Shown here: in pieces, positions 21,901-28,592 of the stretch | Numbering within the stretch: the first letter of the stretch is position 1 | Layout of the letters: every line of letters starts with the position of its first letter | Assembly: GCA_028690365.1 (NCBI GenBank) | Contig: JAQVBK010000001.1 | Coordinates: forward strand, 1-43,615 | Source: Candidatus Cloacimonadota bacterium | GTDB taxonomy: Bacteria > Cloacimonadota > Cloacimonadia > Cloacimonadales > JAQVBK01 | DNA length: 43,615 bases | Reading direction: 5' to 3' | Notes under the pieces: model-generated | The model's input: the letters and a program-made list of their open reading frames with translations, nothing else | Told to the model about the DNA's origin: nothing | Database searches by the model: none | Program-made: the position numbers and the translations under genes

Positions 21901-22629
21901 GGCGGAGGGTGGTATTTTAAAGTATCTGATACTTTAAAAACAAATGAGGAGACAGATTATTTCTTAGATTGGTCAAGAGAACAAATCATTTATATCTTTA
22001 ACAAATTAAAAACATCTCTTAAGCAACTTCAGGACTATAAAGCAAAACATCAGGGAATATTTTTTTCTTTTAATGATGAGGCTGTTCTATATGATATGAG
22101 AAAATTCCTATGTGTCAATAAAACTGAACTTAAAAAAAATGATGATTTTGAGAGGTTTTTAAAAGATGTTGAAGAAATGTACTTTGCTGAAATAGGTACT
22201 GACAGCATCATTCAAGGATTGCTGTCTGATGATGAGAATCAACTACATTGGTCTGTTGTTTCTTTAATAGAAGAAATGAAAAATTATCCTGAGAAAGAAG
22301 ATGATATACCCTGGCTCGCTTTATTGATGAAAATAATCAGAAAGGACGCAGTCAAGTTGGAGTTAGCTATTGAATACTTCTCCTTTATATTAACTGACAT
22401 TATCAAGAATCAGGATTGGGTAAAAAAATATACCCCGTTTTATGTAGAAATTCTGCGAAATTACTATGAAAATATTCCGGCTGAACTTGATAGAATCTTT
22501 GTAGAATTTTTCTTGATTAAGGTAGCTAAAGTTTTAAAGGATTGGAAAATTGAGGATCAAATTATTGATGAATGGCTTGAAATAAAAGAGAATTCAGAAT
22601 TTTTGAAGATCAGAAATATGACTTTATAA
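18982..22629 (+). CDS. Large defence-type SIR2 (SIR2_2-like) NADase-domain protein with a long unassigned helical C-terminal region (DSR2-like architecture)
   Basis: The N-terminal ~280 aa carry the defence-SIR2 motif set in order. These are VLVGTGFSK..IPLWDELL (nt ~19045), NIYTTNYDTLLEQA (TTNYD at 19375-19389), IIKLHGSL (19489-19503) and LIGFSGSDPNFLAWI (~19660). The remaining ~860 aa have no motif I can recognise and no Walker A. The true start may be ATG 18988, which lies 7 nt after GGAGG, rather than 18982. Confidence 0.8.
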   Translation: MFMKDGNIEKIKEKIHKNEMSVLVGTGFSKNANPKIPLWDELLIDMAKELYEPEFSEWKIKAETNNAYDFLKLKLREVDYLEIVEKYIKFKGMRESLTFYIENKLCPLDKDPGNDLDVHKKLVECNWNNIYTTNYDTLLEQAANSSGKKDYHTIIHSKALSIGPQHRIIKLHGSLRESDCDTFGFDNDQSAHYVISKSDYETYTKKHSAFTHLMRIALLQESFCLIGFSGSDPNFLAWIEWVRDILKDSKDKKDKKVYFIDVNPEECSKERKLFFSNHQIEYISLKNIFGELSRKELINEFLDSIRVANIEKNEKQKNEYVSLKSIFGESSQKELSSNFLDSTIVTNIEENEMQTIQLPSKNYFSLWQELKKQHLFNNPLFEIYKKIEDENRYYKIPNYSVYSSAESLIREKRQNLINGINDSKIDNIEVLGIIAMLQRNSYYNLSAMFAAEEIEKTENVFSKIDIKQLNENQFTKWQNFALSFLRDYRYNLNEKKFNNLFEKLKSTENTASDFYDDIYFEKLLFLANKLDYTELIKGLDNWKLTDESSAWAYIRKAYLFNLIRIPKYQEQITKTVNQAIKKTNIEQEKLWFYEILSFYQFSENFRTDEVITAKIKDYKHKGYYSIDDIMKSLTNKKEKKDIKPSEASRYTITHSMGNPQEDFPWDSVRFIEFLNCFGIPLVPNIKFPVTVFDSNKWFEIAVDVLEGMPREVLFISFQYSGNDMSENFLRTIIQRIVFSKKISNELKFEIFSKCCNSFYYYFSDLGVYNSTFIFAISELISCLSYEKWEKFFYELWVLQTDTSKVINKKFYSSVWGLSNVIPKFLPYIEDNVLLNEMVVTLFEFDFYVDGDDQENTALKYLEKILLYNPFFYAIPSCKEKIKGYVQSLLNKETLSEKELIKIKYYRSKISKKSNRLIRKKLNSIDLSKELIFRWQILLELTDSDVDMDYKLREYLVHNPNIIFSTGINNSGRSGGGWYFKVSDTLKTNEETDYFLDWSREQIIYIFNKLKTSLKQLQDYKAKHQGIFFSFNDEAVLYDMRKFLCVNKTELKKNDDFERFLKDVEEMYFAEIGTDSIIQGLLSDDENQLHWSVVSLIEEMKNYPEKEDDIPWLALLMKIIRKDAVKLELAIEYFSFILTDIIKNQDWVKKYTPFYVEILRNYYENIPAELDRIFVEFFLIKVAKVLKDWKIEDQIIDEWLEIKENSEFLKIRNMTL
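19822..20049 (+). repeat. In-frame tandem duplication (2 x 114 nt = 2 x 38 aa) inside the SIR2-protein gene
   Basis: Copy 1 starts GAATATATTTCACTCAAAAACATTTTTGG at 19822. Copy 2 starts GAATATGTTTCACTCAAAAGCATCTTTGG at 19936. The protein copies are EYISLKNIFGELSRKELINEFLDSIRVANIEKNEKQKN and EYVSLKSIFGESSQKELSSNFLDSTIVTNIEENEMQTI. By eye about three quarters of the nucleotides are identical. Confidence 0.9.
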
Positions 22630-22697
22630 TTTATTATGAAGATATTGAAGCTTATGAAAAAGAATAAATATAGTTATTACAGAGAGATTTTATACTA

Positions 22698-23706
22698 ATG
22701 AGTAAAGAAATATCTACACAAAAAGAATTTAATGAACTACTTAAGTTGATTCAGCAGACAAGGCAAAAGACCTATGCTCAAATCAATTCAACACTAATTG
22801 AGCTCTACTGGAAAATAGGTAAACATATCAGCAAAAAAGTAAATTCAGCCGCTTGGGGGAAAAGCATAGTTAGTGAATTGGCAAAATATATTGCCAGTAA
22901 TGATCCTGAGATAAAAGGCTTTAGCGATAAAAATCTCTGGCGAATGAAACAATTTTATGAAGCATATAAAGACACTCCAAAACTCTCAACACTGTTGAGA
23001 GAATTACCTTGGTCTCATAACTTGGCTATTTTTTCACGATGTAAAACAGATGAAGAACGAGAATTTTATCTGACTCTTACCATTCAAGAAAAGTATAGTT
23101 TCCGCGAACTTGATAGGCAGATTTCAACCAGTTTTTTTGAGCGAACAATTTCAGATGACAAGAAACTCTCAACAGCGTTGAGAGAATTGCAGCCGAATAT
23201 CGACAGGACTTTTAAAGATAGCTATGTTCTGGAATTATTAGGTTTATCGGAGAGTCATAGCGAAAGTGATCTAAAAATGTCACTGATTCACCACATGAAG
23301 GCATTTATTCTTGAACTGGGTAAAGATTTCATTTTTGTTGGAGAAGAATATCGATTACAGGTTGGAAATCAGGATTTCTTTATTGATCTACTGTTCTTTC
23401 ATCGAGGTCTTTGTGCTCTGGTTGCTTTTGAACTAAAAACTGGGAAATTCAATAGAACATTTGGGTCAAATCAATTTCTATTTAGAGGCATTGGATAGAG
23501 ATGTGAAAAAACCGCATGAAAATCCGAGTATCGGCATTTTACTATGTCGAGATAAAGATGAAGAGGTTGTGGAATATGCTCTTTCACGCAATCTTTCTCC
23601 TGCTCTGATTGCTGAATACCAACTGCAATTACCAGATAAAAAATTGATTAAAGAGAAACTACATGAGATATTCGTCAGCGAAACGAGTGGAAAAAACAAA
23701 AAATGA
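22698..23706 (+). pseudogene. YhcG/DUF1016-family PD-(D/E)XK nuclease, interrupted by a single frameshift
   Basis: ORF 22698-23498 has the YhcG N-terminal signature (LIELYWKIGKHI...WGKSIVSELAKYI...GFSDKNLWRMKQFYEAY...LPWSHNLAI...EREFYL) and the nuclease core (FFIDLLFF...VAFELKTGKF). The family C-terminus (LGQINFYLEALDRDVKKPHENPSIGILLC...) continues in the +1 frame (ORF 23461-23706). The frame switch must lie within 23437-23460. Confidence 0.8.
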
Positions 23707-23783
23707 GTCACAAATTTTATTTATCTTATTGCAATAAATAGGAAATGTGATAAAGACTTAATATTTATGACAGGGAGATACAA

Positions 23784-25544
23784 ATGTCAGAAAACACAAA
23801 AAGCGTTAATCTGGTATTCATATTAGTCATCTTAATGCTCAATGTAAATTTATTTGGAAGCAAAGTTGTAGCAATTCTACCTTTTACTTCAGTTTTCGAA
23901 AAAATTGCTCAAGAACAAAAAGATGCAATTAATTTAGCGCTGGGAAACTATGATAACGAAATTGAAATTATCTATAAAGACAGTAAAGGAACTGCTGAAG
24001 GTGCAATAACCGCTCTAGATGAATTCATAAAAAGCAATGGCAATCCAGAAATTGTCATTTCCTGTGCAAGTTGGGTAGCAACAGCCCTGAATCCCGTAAC
24101 CGCTGAAAGAGGGTTGTTTCATCTGGCAATCGGAAGTGCCTCGATAGAGAGGGAAATAAAAAATCATACCATCAGAATGACTGTTGATGAACAGGTGGAA
24201 GAAGAACTCTTGTCTTATTATTTATTGCAATTTAATAAGATAGCCGTTTTCTATATGAACAATGAACTTGGGACAACTTGGAACAGAGTTCTTAGAAAAA
24301 GACTAAGAGAGAAAATTAACATCAGCATTTCTTATGATCCTGAAATGAAAGATTTTGATAATGAAATCAGTCAAATTAAAAAAGCTGAACCAGAAGCTAT
24401 TGTCCTGATAAGCTCCAGTAATGCAGCTAAAATTTCTGAACTCATTCGAAAGGCTGGAATTAATGCCCAGCTTGTCGGAACCAGACCAATTGAACGTCCC
24501 GAAATACTTACTGCCAGTAAATATACAAATGGACTGATTTTTACATCTCCATCTTTTGATTCTGAAAATGAAATGCTAAAACTTTTCAAAGAAAAATACA
24601 ACTATAAGCCTACCTTCTTTGGATTAGAAGCTTACGATACAACGGTTATGTTGATTACGGCTTTTAAAGAGAATTCCTCAGTGAAAGATTTTTACAACTG
24701 GTATATAGATCGAAATTTTATTGGAGCATTAGGCAGCATCAAAATTAAACAGAACGGTGATGCAAATTATCCTTATATGTTTAAAGAAGTTAAAGACGGG
24801 AAATTCACCATTGCAGAATTTCAATACGCTTTGATTTTAGAACAAACGAGACAAGAAATTGACTCAATTTTTGACAAGATGGGGTTTGATTTACAACAGG
24901 CTGCCAATGAATTGTCCTCTGGAATCACAGGAAAAAAGGCAGATATGACTATCAGGAGACTTCACGAAAAAAATCCCCTCAGTTATGATGTTGTCACAAT
25001 TGATCCTAAGGGAGTGATTCGCAATGTCTATCCTGATCATAAAGAAATCGTTAACAAAGATATTTCTGACCAGGAACAAGTCATCAGAATGATGGAATTA
25101 AACAAACCTGTCGTCAGCAAGGCCTTCAAAGCAGTTGAGGGTTTTGTCGGATTTGATTATGAATATCCAATTTTTAATGAAAAAAATGAGTATATTGGAG
25201 CAGTTAGTATTCTGACGAAGCCAAGTTTCTTTGCTGAGATAATCAATAGTAAAATTGCCAGTTTTCCGGTTGAAATATGCGTTATGCAGACAGACGGAGT
25301 TATTGTTTATGATATCAATGAAGAAGAAATCGGATTAAATCTTTTCTCTTCAGAGTCATATGATAATTATCCAACCTTGAGACAATTGGGAAGAAAAATG
25401 TCAATATTTCCTCAGGGATCCGGAGATTATGAATATTTAGATAAAAATATGGATAAAGTTGTGGAGAAAGAGCTGATTTGGACGAATCTTCACGTACATG
25501 GAACAGAGTTTCGAATAGCTTTGTTTACCGAAAAAAAAGACTAA
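23784..25544 (+). CDS. Secreted or membrane-anchored type-1 periplasmic binding protein (LivK/Peripla_BP_6-like) fused to a C-terminal Cache-like sensory domain
   Basis: The N-terminus has a hydrophobic signal/anchor (VNLVFILVILMLNVNLFG). The segment VVAILPFTS...QKDAINLAL...IEIIYKDSKGTAEGAITALDEF is typical of the Leu/Ile/Val-binding fold. The last ~230 aa resemble an extracytoplasmic Cache/PAS-like fold. No transmitter domain is present. Confidence 0.6.
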   Translation: MSENTKSVNLVFILVILMLNVNLFGSKVVAILPFTSVFEKIAQEQKDAINLALGNYDNEIEIIYKDSKGTAEGAITALDEFIKSNGNPEIVISCASWVATALNPVTAERGLFHLAIGSASIEREIKNHTIRMTVDEQVEEELLSYYLLQFNKIAVFYMNNELGTTWNRVLRKRLREKINISISYDPEMKDFDNEISQIKKAEPEAIVLISSSNAAKISELIRKAGINAQLVGTRPIERPEILTASKYTNGLIFTSPSFDSENEMLKLFKEKYNYKPTFFGLEAYDTTVMLITAFKENSSVKDFYNWYIDRNFIGALGSIKIKQNGDANYPYMFKEVKDGKFTIAEFQYALILEQTRQEIDSIFDKMGFDLQQAANELSSGITGKKADMTIRRLHEKNPLSYDVVTIDPKGVIRNVYPDHKEIVNKDISDQEQVIRMMELNKPVVSKAFKAVEGFVGFDYEYPIFNEKNEYIGAVSILTKPSFFAEIINSKIASFPVEICVMQTDGVIVYDINEEEIGLNLFSSESYDNYPTLRQLGRKMSIFPQGSGDYEYLDKNMDKVVEKELIWTNLHVHGTEFRIALFTEKKD

Positions 25545-25702
25545 AGATATCAAGCTACAAAACTTTGAACTTGTCCGTTTGTTTGTATAGAAGGTTGTGT
25601 GTTATGTACAATTGATTGGAGTAATATCGAAAATTTCAATTGATGATAGAATATTTATCAGAGATTCCTTTGACCCGATATTTGCTGCAAACATTAAAGC
25701 AA

Positions 25703-26347
25703 TCATTTGCGCTGGCTCTTATTCTCCGGAATATCCAGTATATAAACAAACAAATGTCCCTTTTTAAATGAGATCATCTGTTCAGTTTGGTCGGTTTCAT
25801 TGCTAATTCCAAGAAAATTGTCTTCTGAAATATTCTCAATACTGTACTTGAATCCTTGCAGTGAGAGAGATGAAATTTCTTTCCATGAGAACAGTGAGAC
25901 TGTAGTGTTTTTGGGTAAATTGAAAAAGTAATCATTCGGCGAAAGTACTTTTAGATAACCAAAATTATCAAAGAGTTCTATTTGAAGAACCTCGGCATAT
26001 TTAAGTAGAAGTGAAATGCTATTGAAAGTGTGGTCGGTTCTTTTGCCAACGGCAGAAAGAATTCTGACTGTGCCAGGATTAATTGTTCGGATGAATTGTA
26101 GACTTTTTTCCAGATCAGTATAATTTTGGTCAGGAGTGGGAATAATCACTGTATTGTCCGAAAACTCTGATTGTTTTGGGACTGAATCAAAATCACCAGT
26201 TAGATAGTCGGGGTTGATTCCATTTTCGAGGCATTGATCGAAACCTCCGTCGACAGCTACAAGAATTGAATCCGGATATTTTTCTATCATTTCTTTTAGT
26301 CGGGCAGAGTGTTCTCCATTTGCGATAATTAATATATCTCTTTTCAT
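25703..26347 (-). CDS. thiN: Thiamine pyrophosphokinase
   Basis: 214 aa with TPK motifs VAVDGG, GDFDS, DQNYTDLEKS and GKRTDHTFNS. It is the only convincing minus-strand gene in the window. Confidence 0.82.
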   Translation of the reverse strand: MKRDILIIANGEHSARLKEMIEKYPDSILVAVDGGFDQCLENGINPDYLTGDFDSVPKQSEFSDNTVIIPTPDQNYTDLEKSLQFIRTINPGTVRILSAVGKRTDHTFNSISLLLKYAEVLQIELFDNFGYLKVLSPNDYFFNLPKNTTVSLFSWKEISSLSLQGFKYSIENISEDNFLGISNETDQTEQMISFKKGHLFVYILDIPENKSQRK

Positions 26348-26455
26348 TTTAACCTCTCAGAAGATATTTACACAGGCACAGTTATAAATGAACTATTTTG
26401 TGCAATGAAAATTTGACAAAAAAGCAGTTGAAATAAAGAAAGCAACAAAGAAATT

Positions 26456-27913
26456 ATGAAAACAAATACTATATATTCAGTTAAATGGTCGATGTCTACT
26501 CAAATAATCAGGAGATTAATAGTATTCCTGATTTTTCTGTATATTTCTCATTACATTACAAAAGAAGAGCTGGGAGTCTTCAGAGAATTTTCTCTAGTGA
26601 TTATTATGCCTGTTATTCTTGCTTTTTTTAGTCTGGATTATCTATATATCGTTGTAAAAGATGATTTTGAAAATTTATATGGAGACTTGGTCCGAATCGG
26701 ACTCTTTTCGAGTTTGATATTTACTGTTATTCTTTTTTTATTTTCGGAACATATAGGCAAAGCCTATCACAGTGAGACACTGGGAATGCTAATCAGATTA
26801 CTTGCTCCGATAATCATTATGGAAGTGTTACGAAAAACCTTTTTTATCAGATATAGCAAAAGAATGGAGTTCCGCTTGATTTCAATCCTGGAGACAGTGA
26901 ATGTGTTGTTTTATTCCTTAATAATTCTTTTACTAATAAAAAGATATTCATCGGTTTGGTTGATAGTGATTGCTTTTTATCTGGGAGATTTTCTTGAAAC
27001 TTTTCTATTTTTCATTCATGATCATGTTTTTTTTACTAAAACAATTGTAACGGTTTTTGATGTGAAAAGAGTAATGAAGTCATTTTCAACTGTCAAACAA
27101 CATGGCAATTTCTGCTTGAATACTACACTGAATCATGCCATAGGATATTTTGGTGGGAATGCCCCGGTTTATGTTTCGGGTTTACTGTTCAAGCCCGAAA
27201 TTCTTGGACTATATTATTTGGCAAATCAGTTGATAAATACACCTGTAACAATCATTACTGCTTCACTAAAAGATGTATTCTTCGCCAGTTTGGCAAAATG
27301 CAGCAAAACTGAAATTGCTTCCCGCATAGACAGATATTTTTTTTTCATAATAACAATGATATTTCCTCTTTTCATAATGTATCTTTACGGATTACAGAAA
27401 ATGATTCCGTATTATATTAACTCAAAATGGCAGGGTACTCTAGAGATGTTACCGGTAATCTTTTTTGTTACACTTTCTACACTGCTTTCAAATCCAATCA
27501 GTTCTATTCCTATTATTGTTAAGAAGCCCCATTATGAATTAATATGGAATGCTGTTTCAATCGTTTTATCGGTCATAACTCTCATTGTTACGGCAAAATA
27601 TGGTTTCATTAATTCGCTCATTGCCTATACTTTTGTATCTGTCGGGATAAGTTTATCTTTTAATGTGATGGCAGCACATTTGGTGGGAGAGAAAACCGGA
27701 CAGCATTTGATGAAAATGGGTAAATATCTGTTACCTCAAATAATCTTCTTTTTTGCCTACAAGTTATTGTACAAGATAGATATTTTTTGGGGAATAACAT
27801 CTTTCATATTAATATATTTCTGCCTTATATTGACTTTAAATTTTCTTTATCACAATAGAATATTTTCTGAATTATCAGCAATTATAAAAAGGAGTTCAAA
27901 TGCCAATCATTGA
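26456..27913 (+). CDS. Polysaccharide/oligosaccharide flippase (Wzx/MOP superfamily) membrane protein
   Basis: 485 aa and highly hydrophobic, with about 12-14 predicted TM segments. The N-terminus resembles the polysaccharide-biosynthesis-protein family (S.KWS...QI.R.......L...L...ELG.F). Confidence 0.65.
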   Translation: MKTNTIYSVKWSMSTQIIRRLIVFLIFLYISHYITKEELGVFREFSLVIIMPVILAFFSLDYLYIVVKDDFENLYGDLVRIGLFSSLIFTVILFLFSEHIGKAYHSETLGMLIRLLAPIIIMEVLRKTFFIRYSKRMEFRLISILETVNVLFYSLIILLLIKRYSSVWLIVIAFYLGDFLETFLFFIHDHVFFTKTIVTVFDVKRVMKSFSTVKQHGNFCLNTTLNHAIGYFGGNAPVYVSGLLFKPEILGLYYLANQLINTPVTIITASLKDVFFASLAKCSKTEIASRIDRYFFFIITMIFPLFIMYLYGLQKMIPYYINSKWQGTLEMLPVIFFVTLSTLLSNPISSIPIIVKKPHYELIWNAVSIVLSVITLIVTAKYGFINSLIAYTFVSVGISLSFNVMAAHLVGEKTGQHLMKMGKYLLPQIIFFFAYKLLYKIDIFWGITSFILIYFCLILTLNFLYHNRIFSELSAIIKRSSNANH

Positions 27914-28313
27914 AGGACGGGATTTTTCCGGAAGAAGAGTTATACCGTCGGGTATTAAATTATTGCTTATGCTGGCAGTTATCATGGGCTTCTATGTTAG
28001 AAGCTGCTGGAATAAAAAGAAAGCAGAATTGTTTTTGATTTCTGAGATAAAAATTGAAGAAGTGACGCTTTCCACAATTGAAATAACTTTCCGATTAAAG
28101 AATCTTACTTCTGCTAATGGCAAGGAATCAGTTTTCATAAAAGCTTATTCAGATAATGGAGATTTGATTGCCAGTAGAATTACATCTGTGGAAGTTCAAC
28201 CCGATTCTGATAAGGTATATCGTAAATTACTGGAAAAGTTTAACAGACCCTTACAGAAAAATGAATCGATAACCAAAGTAACAGTGGAATATTATAAATC
28301 ATCAATTCTATAA
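27900..28313 (+). CDS. Hypothetical single-pass membrane protein
   Basis: 137 aa with one N-terminal TM helix (GIKLLLMLAVIMGFYV). Its start overlaps the stop of the flippase gene by 14 nt. I recognise no motif. Confidence 0.45.
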   Translation: MPIIEGRDFSGRRVIPSGIKLLLMLAVIMGFYVRSCWNKKKAELFLISEIKIEEVTLSTIEITFRLKNLTSANGKESVFIKAYSDNGDLIASRITSVEVQPDSDKVYRKLLEKFNRPLQKNESITKVTVEYYKSSIL

Positions 28314-28327
28314 AATATGGAGGGAAT

Positions 28328-28591
28328 ATGTTTATTCTAGAAGAAAAACACCTGAATGAAGCAAAAAAAATTGCAGAGGCAAACAGAAAAAAGAAAAGCT
28401 GTGACAATTGCTATGACAGAGGCTACGTTGGATATACACCCGAGAATCTGCTTGTGCTTTGTCACAAATGCGTGGATATTGATAAGGCTGTAGAAGACTG
28501 GAAAAATTATGTTTCACAGTTCCCAGAACTGAAAGAGCACTTTGAAGATCTTTTCAAAGAAAACGAAGAAGAAACTCAAAGCGAAAATTAG
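28328..28591 (+). CDS. Hypothetical small zinc-ribbon protein with an acidic tail
   Basis: 87 aa preceded by a GGAGGGA RBS. It has CDNC...(21 aa)...CHKC and the acidic C-terminus EDLFKENEEETQSEN. Confidence 0.5.
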   Translation: MFILEEKHLNEAKKIAEANRKKKSCDNCYDRGYVGYTPENLLVLCHKCVDIDKAVEDWKNYVSQFPELKEHFEDLFKENEEETQSEN

Positions 28592-28592
28592 T

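Noticed and set aside
21889-21912. Gly-rich stretch SGRSGGGW in the SIR2 protein C-terminus, considered as a possible P-loop (STAND/ATPase) motif.
   Set aside because: It does not fit Walker A (GxxxxGK[ST]), since no Lys-Ser/Thr follows and there is no Walker B context. It is probably just a loop.
22636-22698. 20-aa ORF (MKILKLMKKNKYSYYREILY) between the SIR2 gene and the YhcG-like gene, ending in a TAATG overlap with the YhcG start.
   Set aside because: There is no RBS, it is very short, and it lies in AT-rich sequence where such ORFs arise by chance. The TAATG overlap alone is insufficient evidence.
18726-23783. Search for att-like direct repeats, integrase, transposase or tRNA at the borders of the SIR2/nuclease islet.
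   Set aside because: By eye I found only AT-rich 7-mers shared between 18726-18981 and 23707-23783 (for example TGATAAA, CAATAAA), which is not significant. There is no recombinase gene. The mobilisation mechanism is therefore unsupported.
28542-28592. ORF-track start of hslO at 28542, overlapping the preceding small gene by 50 nt.
   Set aside because: The extension (MKIFSKKTKKKLKAKIS) is Lys-rich read-through of the neighbour's acidic tail in another frame. Homology to Hsp33 begins after GTG 28593.
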